Assembly (NCBI GenBank): GCA_964016885.1
Contig: OZ024740.1
Coordinates: forward strand, 273,110,001 to 273,174,000
Reading direction: 5' to 3'
DNA: 64,000 nucleotides
From: Eledone cirrhosa
Taxonomy: Eukaryota
A program made the position numbers and the translations under genes. Below the pieces are notes generated by a model. The model was not told where the DNA came from, did no database searches, and was given only the letters and a program-made list of their open reading frames with translations. This document shows, piece by piece, positions 38,321-52,089 of the stretch; the first letter of the stretch is position 1; the number at the start of each line of letters is the position of its first letter.

Positions 38321-39488
38321 TAATAAGGTAATGAATTCTTTTACAATGGAATTAGCTCGAAGGAGGAAAATACCCCTGAGCCGTGTATAAACTAATATAT
38401 ATGATGAAACACAGATACCAATACATCTGTATATATATTGCAAAAGAAAATTTAGCCAGATTGAAGTATACTAATTATTATACTACAGTTTGTCCATATC
38501 GATTTAAAATAATAAATCAACAAAGACGAACTGCATTGCCAAAAGGCTATGATGTTTAGACACATTTAAATTTCAAAATCAAACCTGTTCCGTAGATAAG
38601 TTTAAACTTTAAAATCCAAATATGTTTCGAGATAAATAAGTGTAGGAATATCATGTCCTGCGCTCCTCAGTAAACATCCAGGGACAAATTGATATGCTTC
38701 ACTTCTAAATAATTTAAAAGACTGTGTGACGCACATGGTTTAACAGTTTCTAGCTACTCTCATAACCGTACTGCTAGAAATAACAGTCGTATATATGAGG
38801 CGGCTTTCAGCTCAGACTAGGAGCAGTTATATTAATAAGGTAATGAATTCTTTTACAATGGAATTAGCTCGAAGGAGGAAAATACCCCTGAGCCGTATAT
38901 AAACTAATATATATGATGAAACACAGATACCAACACATCTGTATATATATTGCAAAAGAAAATATAGCCAGATTGAAGTATACTAATTATTATACTACAG
39001 TTTTCCTCCTTCGAGCTAATTCCATTGTAAAATAATTCATTACCTTATTAATATAACTGCTCCTAGTCTGAGCTGAAAGCCGCCTCATATATACGACTGT
39101 TATTTCTAGAAGTACGGTTATGAGACTAGCTATAAACTGTTAAACCATGTGCGTCACACAGTCTTTTAAATTATTTAGAAGTGAAGCATATCAATTTGTC
39201 CCTGGATGTTTACTGAGGAGAGCAGGACATGATATTCCTACACTTATTTATCTCGAAACATATTTGGATTTTAAAGTTTAAACTTATCTACGGAACAGGT
39301 TTGATTTTGAAATTTAAATGTGTCTAAACATCATAGCCTTTTGGCAATGCAGTTCGTCTTTGTTGATTTATTATTTTAAATCGATATGGACAAACTGTAG
39401 TATAATAATTAGTATACTTCAATCTGGCTAAATTTTCTTTTGCAATATATATACAGATGTATTGGTATCTGTGTTTCATCATATATAT

Positions 39489-39497
<9 letters not shown>
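38321..39497. mobile_element. 512-bp unit as a 1.3-mer tandem followed by an inverted copy
   Basis: TAATAAGGTAATGAATTC at 38321 and 38833; strand switch at ~39002; (TA)n on both sides. Confidence 0.88.
39208..39283 (+). ncRNA. Candidate type I hammerhead; mirror copy at ~38600-38675 on the minus strand
   Basis: GUUUA-CUGAGGA-GAG...CUC-GAAAC...GUU/UAAAC. Confidence 0.65.
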
Positions 39498-39570
<73 letters not shown>

Positions 39571-39574
39571 TAAT

Positions 39575-41040
39575 TATTAAAATAACAGATTAAAGTTTAA
39601 GCAAAGAATCGCTGCTTTCACTCTTAACGGGATCTTCTGAAACTAACAAAGTCAATCTGTAAACGCAGAAGTGGATATTTAAAAAAACGTTACAACCGGA
39701 GGAAGACAGGAAGACGATACTTTGGTTCATGGAAACGTTCCCTGGCAAAGAACGGGAAAAAACGAATATAATACGTCATTAATAGGAATGATGAAAAACA
39801 ATTACGCGCAAAGAGAGAACCACGTTTATGGTATAAAAGAGGTCGTAGACTAATGTTCTCTTAGGTGGTTCATACAGACGTTCTCTGGCAATGAACGAAA
39901 AAAAACGAAGATAATACGTCATATGTGGAGCGTGGAAAACAAAGAAAAAACCACGTAAATGGTATAGCAGAAGTCGTAGACTAAAATTCTAACTAGGAGA
40001 CCGAATGGATCTCCGCTTCAGAGTTAAGAACAAAGTAAATAAATAGAATAGAGAGGTAATAGAAATTAAATAAATACATACACGCATACAAATACGTACA
40101 TACACAAGCATACGCGAAAACACTTACCATAGGTATACAAAACCACGCACATATAAATATGTGTGTGTGTGTATGCGTGTATACAAATAAATAAATAATT
40201 AAATAAACGTATATGAATAAATAAATACGTATATAACAAGCGCACACAAATATCTACATGTAAATACACAAATGTTCGGAGACGTAAGTCAACCAAAACA
40301 TGAAGTACACATATACACACACCCTACATACGTACGAACCTGCATACTCACACAGACGCAAAACTCCCGTATACACATAACCAAACCATATGTACCAGAA
40401 TATATAAAAATATACGCCATAACATATACAATCAAATATACGTACGAGAAGGTATACGTACCTTCACAAAACATACAGGTAATATATACTTACCTATGCA
40501 AATAAGTAATGGTATAAAGAAAACATATATATATCAAGACGTAAAATATGCACGTATAGATCGTACTATCCGTTAGGGTATAACGTGGGGCTCCACGCTC
40601 CACATATGACGTATTATCTTCGTTTTTTACGTTCATTGCCAGAGAACGTCTCTATGAACCACCTAAGAGAACATTAGTCTACGACCTCTTTTATACCATA
40701 AATGTGGTTCTCTCTTTGCGCGTAATTGTTTTTCTCCGCTCCTATTAATGACGTATTATATTCGTTTTTTCCCGTTCTTTGCCATGGAACGTTTCCACGA
40801 ACCAAAGTATCGTCTTCCTGTCTTCTTCCGGTTGCAACGTTTTTTGAAATATCCACTTCTGCGTTTACAGATTGACTTTGTTAGTTTCAGAAGATCCCGA
40901 TAAGGGTGAAAGCAGCGATTCTTTGGTTAAACTTTAATCTGTTATTTTAATAAATATTTGCTCTACGGTTCTTACATATTTGATATATATTTATCCTTAT
41001 CGAGCCCTCTTTGGATTTTAGTCTTCAAATTTATTATTAT

Positions 41041-41043
<3 letters not shown>
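39575..41043. repeat. Family C inverted repeat, ~410-bp arms and ~600-bp spacer
   Basis: 39575-39950 is the reverse complement of ~40595-40950; the right arm continues into the sequence that forms the 10860-11120 palindrome. Confidence 0.88.
40882..40933 (+). ncRNA. Variant hammerhead-like fold (family C, core CAGAAGA); mirror copy at ~39595-39646 on the minus strand
   Basis: AGUUU-CAGAAGA-uCCC(GAUAA)GGGu-GAAA-GCAG(cgauucu)UUG(C/G)UU/AAACU. Confidence 0.5.
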
Positions 41044-41078
<35 letters not shown>

Positions 41079-41173
41079 GAAGAGATTCCATCGGAAAGGT
41101 CCAGGAAAAAAGAGTGCTCTATGTAGGTTAGGGAGCTTAATAGTTATGTAAATATATATAAATAAATAAATAA

Positions 41174-41272
<99 letters not shown>

Positions 41273-41599
41273 CATATATATATACATATATATATATACA
41301 TATATATACATATACATGTGTGTGCTCGCGTGTATGTGTGTGCGTATGTATGCCCATAGGTGTATTTATGTTTATATATTCACACACGCATATAAACAAG
41401 ATAAAAATCAGTTAAGTTTGCTGCTGGAACATAGAATATAAAGATAAATCTTACCTATTGAAACACACGATGATGTTGCAGCGACACTCAAATAAAATAA
41501 GCGAGGTGAACATAACCTATGGAGATAGGTCCAATGTTATTAGTGTTATTAGCCCTCCAATATCGTAGAGATCGTTGTTGTTAGTGTACCTTTTAAAAT

Positions 41600-41790
41600 A
41601 TCGGTTTCTGATTTAGGCATAATGCCTCGAATTAGGTGGGGAGGGGGAAATCGATTAAATCGATCCCAGTGCATTACTTGTACTTTATTTTATCGACCCT
41701 GTATAGATGAAAGGCAAAGCTAATCTCGGTATGATTTGAACTGAGATCGTAAAGGGCCGTAACTCTATGTCGTAAAACATATTGTCCAAG
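41600..41790 (-). mobile_element. SINE, long form
   Basis: GGGGAGGGGGAAATCGATTAAATCGA..TTTTATCGACCC..GATTTGAAC. Confidence 0.75.
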
Positions 41791-42129
41791 GTTTCATGGT
41801 TTAAAGTATTACAAGTCTACTATTTTCGTAAATGCATGTCCTAGGAATGAATCCCAGATGGCCGACGTTTTAGGCAGGAATTACAAAGTTGTTGCACATT
41901 TTGCAGCACACCTACTTTCATATAGTCTAGGGAATTTTGACAGATATGTAGGCATGTATGTATATATTGGCGAACACGAGTATATACAAACACACATACT
42001 AAAACACACATTCTCTCACGTACACATGAACACGCACACGCGCACACATATACACAGAAATACACACAAACACACACACATAAAAATATAAATGGCGGCT
42101 CTCAACTCACTATCGGGAATCATCACTTT

Positions 42130-44232
42130 ATACATCCTAAGGTAAATAATTTGCAATTATTTACTGACCACAATGAATACAAACAATAAATTATAACTTT
42201 GCCTATTAATCCGTTTGGTGAGCAAATAGGGTCCCACGTGCTGGCCTCCCCACAGCCCCGACGGACGGACAGGATGGAGAAGGCGTTTCCCCGGAGGATG
42301 GTAAGGGAGATGCGCTGGAAGAGCCATTCCAACTCGCGAGGCTCACACCTGAGGCTGGCCAGCTCAGCGCCTATGGTGGTGAGTAGGGAGGTAGCCCTAG
42401 GGCCAAGGTCACTCGAAGTCTCCACTGCCAAGGGCACGACCGCGAACCTGTCGGAGAGCGACCCGCTACTTGGAGAGGTTGACCTCTTCAGCCCGATGTG
42501 CAGCAGTACCTGGATTAGTCGCAGGCTGCACCAGATTGCGGAAGGGGAAGATTGTCATATCATCTGTCCTTTTGGCATCCCCTCGATCCATCCCCACCGG
42601 CTCGAGCTGAGAAGGGAAGCATGCAGCGTCCAAGCCATGCTTAATGACCTCATTGAGGGCAGCATGGCGTGGAAGTCGGCGGGAACTGTGGCGACAGGAA
42701 AGCGCGAGGAGGTCGAAAGAGTCCTCGTTGGATCCACAGCGATATTTATGTGGCTCTCAGATCCGGAGTCCAAGCCTGAAGGAAACGCCGATGCGCAGGC
42801 TATCGTTATCCAGCTGCGTGCCAGTGGAGACGGAAGACAAGGGATGGAGCCAGAAATCACTGTGGGGTTTGGAGGTTGCGCGAAAACAGGCAAGGTGGTG
42901 CTGGTTGAGCTGTCGCGTTAGCCTGTCTGAGGCCAGGCTGCACTGGATGGCATCCCATACACTTTGGGAGTACTTGGCATCAGCAGGGGTAGAAGAAGGA
43001 GGGACGTCTACTGGGCTAAGTCCCGGGCTATGTCCCAGCCTATTCCACGTATCACAGGCGACCTAGCGTTCCCTGAATATAGAGCGTTCTATTGTGTTTT
43101 GGAGAACCCTGCTGACGAGGACGCGATTACAGATGAAAGAAACACTGGCAAAGCCAGCAAGATCGGAGACCGGAGGTAAAGTGGCCTGTTACCATCCAAT
43201 GTCATCAAATCTGACGTTGCATATCTCCTCAGATGCCGCTCGGATTCAAGTATCATCGAGGTCACCGAGGTGAGATGCGTGGCTGCAGCACGGAGCACTG
43301 CGAAGGGTGTAGAGTAGCTTCGGCATGGTGAAGCAGTTCCTTAACAAGAAGGGAGCTGGGTGGCTGTCGATCAAGCACAGTCGGCTCGTGAGGGTCTGGA
43401 GTTGTTGGAACCTAGATCTGATGGGGAAGCGAATGGCCGGCGGGTGGATGGGTGACCCGAGGATGAGGACATCCTCTTTGGAGGTCACCTGTACCTGGTG
43501 GAAAATGGACTGCACGTCCGAGACGGTAGCTTCAAAGCTCTCAGCCACATGGCTGACATTCACCACCTCCGACTTGAACGAGTTGACCTGGAGGCCAATT
43601 CCCGCCAGGGCAGGAACCACCGATTGAAGGACCTGGCAGAAAGTCTCCACGGGCCCGCCCAGCGTAGCATCATCCAGTTACCAAACGTTGAGAGAGGCCG
43701 TGATACTCCGAGCAATGTAGTCTAGACCAAGAGCAAACAGGAGGGGGACCGAAGGGTCGCCCTATTGGAACCCCAGTGGCCGAAGGTATGACCGTGTCAG
43801 CAGCAAGGAGCATGTTCGGGGCTCCATATGACAAGTCGGCCAGCTGGTAAGCAGGGAGAGCTCGGCTGAGGCAGGCATCGAGCAGATGGTCCCGGCGTAT
43901 GCAGTTAAAAGCATTCCTCATGTCAAGCTTGACAATGAGGTGCATGGAGTCTCTGGAAGCCGGTTCCGGTGAGCAGCTATTGAAGAACTGCCTGGTTGCA
44001 TGTGCGGCCCCCTCAGAGCCACCGGGCACGCCGACTCCCAGTTGCAACGGACCGGACTGAACTCCTCACCCAGTTCAGCTGTTATGGACCTGCAGACCAC
44101 CTTAGCAGCCAGCCTCCGGTAGACATTGCCCACAGAGATGGGGCGTATGCCACCCTCTTTCTTCCTGAGAGCGGTCAGGCTAGCCCCCCCCCCAAAAGGA
44201 GGCCTCAGGCGTGAGGATCCAGGGCGCCATGG
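42130..44232 (-). mobile_element. Decayed 5'-truncated CRE-clade non-LTR retrotransposon (RT plus C-terminal restriction-like endonuclease)
   Basis: GGIRPISVGNVYRRLAAK, QLGVGVPGGSE, KLDMRNAFN, WLLDD-like motif, RHAALN...LEP...KRTD, PLAVET, LFQRISLTILRGNA across frameshifts. Confidence 0.85.
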
Positions 44233-44529
44233 ATAAACCTATTGGTGAGTGCCACAATTGCACTCAGACAAATTGCCTCCCTTGTTATTCACTCTCACGA
44301 TATATTTGCCTATGTATGCACACAAACATACTTCCTACAAGATTAAGTACATATTTTTATACGCAAGCATTGAATGGACGTTTATATACACCTTTATTCT
44401 GAAACCCAATGTGCTACTATTATCTAATAATTATGTAAGAATATATATACAAATATACATGCAGTTAAGTAAACAATTTTCAATCCTGTTTTTGAATACA
44501 GCGTCTTTCAACATAGTTTCACGTCAACC

Positions 44530-45010
44530 ATAACATTGACTTCGAGATGTTAAAAATGAAGTTTCGCAGGCCGGCCGATTGTATGTAAAATGAATAGAAG
44601 AGCATACATCTTTATCAATTTAGATATGATGACTCAAAGAACATAGCATCGATTTTGAAATTAAATGAAGAATCTCGAGCCAAGAAGATATGACATAATC
44701 TACAGAAGATGTACCATACAAGCACAAATGAAAAAGGTCTGATATTTAAAATAACAAATTTACCGGAGTACCTAAACATTGATGGGCTGTTTACCTATCT
44801 CGTCTCAGAGACAACAAGTTCACTAACAGAGTGAAAGAGTGGACACCAAGGCAGTGGAGAAGAATCAGAGGGCTGCCAAATCCAAGCTTGACTATCTGAC
44901 CCGATACCGTGCCACATCGCCCAATATGATTAGAGATAGGAAGCGGTGGAGGTCAGCCAATGAAGGTTTCCTTCAACAGGACTGAGAAGGCCTGGATTTG
45001 GATTTGGACC
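44530..45010 (+). mobile_element. Degraded RTE-like LINE fragment
   Basis: KEWTPRQWRRIRG.P motif, DRKRWR, and short (GGATTT) tail. Confidence 0.5.
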
Positions 45011-45081
45011 TAAACATTTGAATGAGACGTTTCAGGAAATACGGCCACTTTGAGAAATAACCGAGCAATTAATGAAATTAT

Positions 45082-45262
45082 AATTGTTTCTAATTTGGGC
45101 ACAAGGCCAGCCATTACTCGGTTTATTACTGGTACTTTATTTTATCGACCCCGTAAGAATGAAAAGCAAAGTTACCCTCGGCGGGACGGACATAAACGGA
45201 CGTCACTCTATGCTGCATAGCATAGGGGCCGACCCTCTACTGATACAGCAAATCCACCGCCC
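45082..45262 (-). mobile_element. SINE
   Basis: Reverse complement of the family consensus. Confidence 0.8.
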
Positions 45263-45975
45263 TTGTTTGTAATTAATTAATTTTGTATTTTTCTAAATTC
45301 TTTTTGAACTAGATTTCGAAAATATATTTTATGATAATGATTACGGTGTAAGTTATTTTATGGCAATAGACACGACCCACTTTCATATTTAGAGTTGTTG
45401 ATGTTTGAGGCGTTTTTCTATCTAAGACTACATCATCCAACGTGGCCTTCCATTTTAAAGACGATATAGCAGGATTTAAGGAAGCCTTATCTACTATTCA
45501 AAGAAAGTTAAGAAAACGAGTACAGACTGTCCTGTTAATTCATGATTTCTACAGTAATGAATAGTTATCCAGCTTTTTATTTTGACCTATGAAATTATAT
45601 CTTTACATTGCGTGATCTCTCCCTTCGTTATTATATCTGCGAAAATAGCACGAAATCCTGATTTCATAGAAACTTCTTTTTTCTGTCAATTTTTTTTCTG
45701 TCATTTATATTTCAATTAGGAAAGATTTTTTCACATTTCAATTCAATCTTCTCGCATAATCTTATATCCTTATATTAATACTCTAAGAATCCTTATGGTG
45801 CCTTTGAAAATATCTCAAATTTGAAACATCTATTACGTTGTAGTTTTCCAGCAATACAACATACACGATGGAATATTATTGTATGAACCCTAACATAAAA
45901 TTAATTCATTATTTTTGCATGTTAAAGTGATTTTTGTTGTGTTTTACGCTTCTCTGTCTCTCCCTCTCTCCCTCT

Positions 45976-46035
<60 letters not shown>

Positions 46036-48234
46036 GCCACATTAAAATGTAATTACAACTTTAAAACTATGCTTTCAATTTTACCTGACAAGTGCAAGTG
46101 GAAATTCTAGTTTAGTTTCTAAAGACATCAATTAAATATTTCTCTAAGATACTTAAGCCGTCATAGCATTTGTACTTTACCTGTCTGGACTGATTTGTTT
46201 TAGGTTTCTGCGCCCCCAAACAAAAATATACACTGTAGAGATTTATTGCTTTATTTCCTTGTCTATTTATTTATTTTTACCTTACATATTTGTTTATCTT
46301 CTCGACTACTTGTGTAGTTTTCTTTAGTGAATTAATTGTTTCTAAGATCGATGTTCAGTGTAAAGCTATTCTCGTATTATTTATCACTGTCTATTCCTGT
46401 TTCCATTGGATTGATGCATTTGATTTTCAAAATATGTCAGCTAGTTACATGCTGTGGAAGACAGTGTCTTGGTGCTAAGTTCCCTATATCTTCGAAATAT
46501 TTCTTCTTTTTTTTTCATTAATATCTTTGCTAAATAGCTAATGGTATAATATATGAATTTTGCTGTGGAGCATGACAATATTTTGACAACCAAGAATAAA
46601 GAAAGGAAAAAAAATCTAAAGATAAAGAAGAAGCAGAAAGTAGGAATAGAAATATATAAACTGATTTGCTTGCATCTCAATTACATTTGTTATGGCGAAC
46701 GTTTAGAAATCACATCAGGAAAACTTCAGAAGTGATTTCAAGTCATATACCGTATGTTTCGTTTGGCAATTTAACACTTTCTCTGAGTAAAAACAGCACT
46801 GCATACATGCACATACATATGCACACATACACATACACATACATACATGCGTACATACATAAAACGCCCCATATATATATATATATGTATATATATGTAT
46901 ATATATATGTATATATATATAAAGGCATACATGAGATAAGATAGCTTGACGGATGATGCTAAGAAAAGACGAATCTGAAAGGCAAAATGAAGAAGGAAAA
47001 CTAATTCCATAAAACAACTGTAAGAATGATGGAATCCCTGCTTACACGTGTTGTCACTGAATCTTGTTTATGAATGTGCTTAAGTGTGATTCTCAAAGGC
47101 TAAGCCCTCACATTATCAACACAAATTATAGGTTACTGGTTTTCTTTTATCATACTATTGGTAGATACAATTCTTTCAGCTGCCAATAGATGTAATATGA
47201 AATATAATCAGTCAAACAATTCAGACAAAAAGGGATGTTTTTGATATTTATAAATCCCTATGCCGACCAGTATACATTCTTTCCCATTTGCTTAGTGATA
47301 ATATCGGAGTTAGTTTGGTAAGTACAGAGGAGTCCATAATCTGCACAGAAGGTCTAAACAGACCGTAACATTGCCGAGGTTTCCCCTTTCCTGCCGACAG
47401 AATCAATGTATTAGTCCAAGACCAATATTTTAAGGTCCCTTGCATTATCTGTATAAATATTAACTAAAACAAAAGATTATCAATTGCTTAGAAACCTCAC
47501 TGAAAAGAGTGAAACTTTACCAGGACTGTAAAAATAAATATCAGTTGTTCATATGCTTAATTCTACATTATTTATTAGTATCTTAGTGCACTATATAACC
47601 TTAATTCATTGAAGAAGTAAAACGGTCCCTAAACTGAATCACGATAAGTGTTTGGAAAAAGATACAGCAGTAAGTTGGTAAACATACATATTGCGCTTTC
47701 TCTTTCTCGATGACACTGGAATCATCCTAGGTCAGTGATCCCAGAGGCATCACCGTGTATATGAGATGTTAGGCAGTCTGGTTTCTTCTGATCGATTTTG
47801 CAACAGATTATGGTTCATCTGGGTGCGTTGTTGGCTCTCCACAGAATAGTTGGATGATGGGGCTGCCTTCTTGGCAGCGAGCCGACGCAGTTTAAATCAC
47901 AGATCAGGTCCTGAAGAGAATAAAGATTTTACACAATGAAAAAAAACAAACTGTTCAAATCATTATATTCATCCCGTAGAAATGAAAATCTAGTTGCATA
48001 TCCGAGAAGTTTTTCAATGGCTGGAATTGAAATCAACAATTAAAGTCAGTTAAGTTCTTTTTAATTCGAGAGTACATGGAAATAGTCCAAGCCTGAAGTA
48101 CTTAGCTGCTGCTGCTGCTGCTTCTTCTTCTTCTTCTTCTTCTTCTTCTTCTTCTTCTTCTTCTTCTTCTTCTTCTTCTTCTTCTTCTTCTTCTTCTTCT
48201 TCTTCTTCTTCTTCTTCTTCTTCTTCTTCTTCTT

Positions 48235-48264
<30 letters not shown>

Positions 48265-48265
<1 letters not shown>

Positions 48266-48560
48266 ATTATTCCTGCAAGGGTCATGGGAGAAAAGTCCTC
48301 AGACAATCCTTCCATCGCGTCGTGTCAGAAGCATCTATTTCCGACTAATTAGGCTGGATCCCCATGCGAAACCAGCCGAGCTCATGGATTTTTATCCGTC
48401 TATCTTTCTAGGTATCAATCCCTGGTCTACTGCGATATGGATTTGCTCGTAAAATCTGTCCACCGATTCTTTCCTGAGACATTCTAACGCATGTCTATAG
48501 TACTGTAGCGGCTCTACATGGACCGACTCTCTCTTCTATGAGTTACGTACTCTAGGCTAA
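48265..48560 (-). mobile_element. RTE-like LINE 3' end with (GAA)n tail
   Basis: Shares CGATTCTTTCCTGAGACATT with 27527-27547; abuts (TTC)n at 48121-48263. Confidence 0.55.
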
Positions 48561-49159
48561 TGTTCATTACGTGTGTTGTAGCATGGACATGATACAGTAC
48601 TGATAACAACATATATGATCTTGAACTTACTTATTTAGTACCCTATTAAACTGTTGATTGCACAAAACATTGGCTATGTGTTGACAAAAAACAATCACGA
48701 GTGAATCATAATATGCTATGCAACTTATTGTAAAATGTGATCTTAAAGCTTCGAGTAAATGCGAATAGTGTCAATCTACAAGCACTACAGGCAATATTCT
48801 CAAGCTAACAGATGATTAAAAGACAGCTTTTAAATGCTAAACCTAATATCTCGAAATCCCACAAAACAGATAAAGAGAAAGATACAGAAGCAAAGAAGAA
48901 GAGAAATGCAAAGACAAATTTGTATAAGCAGTTTCCATTATAAAGTACCAGTAATGCACTGGGTAATTGATGGCCTTGTGCCAAAAGTAGAAACAATTAT
49001 TTCCATTTCCTGCTGAACTACACAACTGTTCCTTCTTAGGAACGTTACAGTAGCCATATATTCAAAATATAATGAATTTATATGATTGCAGTTATTTGGG
49101 TTACCAATTATCACGAGTCAGACCAAATAATGTTGCTAATATGTATATAAATTACAGTA

Positions 49160-49410
49160 GCGCTAGGACCACGTCCCTACTCACCGTCATCGTTACGGAG
49201 TTGGCAGCTCACAGGTGTGAGCCTCGCGAATTGGAATCGCTCTTCCAGGGCCTCTCCCTCACCATCTTCTGGGGAAACGCCTTCTCTATCTGTACACTGG
49301 GCGGCCAGCACGTGGGCCCACATTTGCTTATAATAGTGATGGGAGAGCGGGTAGACGGAGTTTGGTCCATTTCTGTACGGACCTGATGAATATGCATATA
49401 TCTATTTACC
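49160..49410 (+). mobile_element. CRE-like 3' fragment
   Basis: Encodes RTTSLLTVI..ELA..RCEPRELESLFQGLSLTIFWGNAFSI, homologous to the 42123-42437 minus-strand ORF. Confidence 0.8.
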
Positions 49411-49456
49411 CACATCACATAATTGATAAACTGTTTTTCAAGACCTTACCACAGGC

Positions 49457-49635
49457 ATTGGCAGTATCAGTAGAGGGTCGGACGCCATGCTTTCCAGCAT
49501 AGTTACGTCCCTTTACGATCTGAGTTCAAATCCCGCCGAGGTTAACTTTGCCTTTCATCCTTACGGGGTCGATAAAATAAAGTACCAGTAATGCACTGGG
49601 TAATTGCTGGCCTTGTGCCTAAAGTAGAAACAATT
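49457..49635 (+). mobile_element. SINE, short form, young; an older relative lies at ~49785-49925
   Basis: Match to the family consensus. Confidence 0.9.
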
Positions 49636-50106
49636 GTAATTACTGTATTCATTTTTCTAATTATTGACAGATAACGTATGTGCCACCAGTAAAACTGACA
49701 ACTAATTTGTTGGAAACTGGAGTCTACAAAATATATACACAATTCAAGTTTATAGTATTTGTATGTTTGTTTAATAAACAATAAAATAGGCGGATAGAAT
49801 GCTTTACGGTATTCATCCCAGCTCATTGTACGCTCTGAGTTCAAATCCCGCTGGGATCAACTTTGCCGTTAATCCTTTCGCGGTTGATAAAAAAAAGTAC
49901 CAGTTCAGTACTGGGATCGATTCTTCATCTATAGAAAAAATCGTCTGTGTTTAGATCTCGAGAGGGTTGGGCTCCGTCAAGTTTTAAAGTGCCGCAGACA
50001 CGCCGTATGACGATGCCTCTATCACTCCGTAAGGAGTTAGGGGCTCTTTATCCTTATCCTTAATAAACAGCAGAACAAAAGATATGTTTAATACACACAA
50101 TACGTA

Positions 50107-51597
50107 CATATCATTTACAGACTTTTCCACTATACATTATTATTGTTGAGCTGTATTTCATACATATCATTTACAAACTTTTCCACTATACATTATGCGG
50201 TGGATTGGCAGTATCGGTAGAAGGTCGGACGCCATGCTTTCCAGCATAGTTACGTCCCTTTACGATCTGAGTTCAAATCCCGCCGAGGTTAACTTTGCCT
50301 TTCATCCTTACGGGGTCGATAAAATAAAGTACCAGTAATGCACTGGGTAATTGCTGGCCTTGTGCCTAAAGTAGAAACAATTATTATTGTTGAGCTGTAT
50401 TTCATACATATCATTTACAAACTTTTCCACTATACATTATTATTGTTGAGCTGTATTTCATACATATCATTTACAGACTTTTCCACTATACATTATTATT
50501 GTTGAGCTGTATTTCATACATATCATTTACAGACTTTTCCACTATACATTATTATTGTTGAGCTGTATTTCATACATATCATTTACAGACTTTTCCACTA
50601 TACATTATTATTGTTGAGCTGTATTTCATACATATCATTTACAGACTTTTCCACTATACATTATTATTGTTGAGCTGTATTTCATACATATCATTTACAA
50701 ACTTTTCCACTATACATTATTATTGTTGAGCTGTATTTCATACATATCATTTACAAACTTTTCCACTATACATTATTATTGTTGAGCTGTATTTCATACA
50801 TATCATTTACAGACTTTTCCACTATACATTATTATTGTTGAGCTGTATTTCATACATATCATTTACAGACTTTTCCACTATACATTATTATTGTTGAGCT
50901 GTATTTCATACATATCATTTACAGACTTTTCCACTATACATTATTATTGTTGAGCTGTATTTCATACATATCATTTACAGACTTTTCCACTATACATTAT
51001 TATTGTTGAGCTGTATTTCATACATATCATTTACAGACTTTTCCACTATACATTATTATTGTTGAGCTGTATTTCATACATATCATTTACAGACTTTTCC
51101 ACTATACATTATTATTGTTGAGCTGTATTTCATACATATCATTTACAAACTTTTCCACTATACATTATTATTGTTGAGCTGTATTTCATACATATCATTT
51201 ACAAACTTTTCCACTATACATTATTATTGTTGAGCTGTATTTCATACATATCATTTACAGACTTTTCCACTATACATTATTATTGTTGAGCTGTATTTCA
51301 TACATATCATTTACAGACTTTTCCACTATACATTATTATTGTTGAGCTGTATTTCATACATATCATTTACAGACTTTTCCACTATACATTATTATTGTTG
51401 AGCTGTATTTCATACATATCATTTACAAACTTTTCCACTATACATTATTATTGTTGAGCTGTATTTCATACATATCATTTACAAACTTTTCCACTATACA
51501 TTATTATTGTTGAGCTGTATTTCATACATATCATTTACAAACTTTTCCACTTACAGTTATGGAGATTATACATTATTATTGTTGAGCTGTATTTTCA
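50107..51597. repeat. 56-bp minisatellite, about 23 copies, interrupted by a SINE
   Basis: Unit CATATCATTTACA(G/A)ACTTTTCCACTATACATTATTATTGTTGAGCTGTATTTCATA. Confidence 0.97.
50197..50382 (+). mobile_element. SINE inserted in the 56-bp minisatellite
   Basis: Full short-form copy flanked by ATTAT on both sides, splitting one repeat unit. Confidence 0.92.
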
Positions 51598-52012
51598 CTT
51601 CCAAGCACTTCCAAATAATTATATACATTGTATCATTAGGCTTTTTCATCTGAGTTTTTCATTACCAACATTTGCACATTTAGTTTCTTAATTTGAACTT
51701 CGGATGCAATATTCTGTAGTTTGGCAAAAGAATCCCGTATTTAATCAAGCAAAGTTGATTTAAGTGAATCAGATACCATACAAAACTTAAACATATTCTC
51801 TTATATTATCAGAATGCTTTAGTATTTTATTTATATAGATATTTTTTCATTGAGAGTATTCTAAAATAGAAATATAGAGCCAAAAGGATTTTTAACCATT
51901 ATTAGAAAGGTGAGAGAAGCTAGGAAGATGAAAAGATGAGAAGAGGGGAGAAAAGGAAGAGAAAAAGACAGAAAGAAAGAAAGAAGGAAAGAAAGAAAGG
52001 ATAATAATAATG

Positions 52013-52089
<77 letters not shown>

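Noticed and set aside
42199-43066. Plus-strand 240-aa and 140-aa ORFs
   Set aside because: Antisense shadows of the GC-rich CRE coding strand.
47248-47450. Possible host exon on the minus strand after a TTTATACAG acceptor-like site
   Set aside because: No recognisable protein motif, no supportable donor site and no partner exons.
50107-51597. CRISPR-like array
   Set aside because: Head-to-tail identical units without unique spacers, no cas genes, eukaryotic context.
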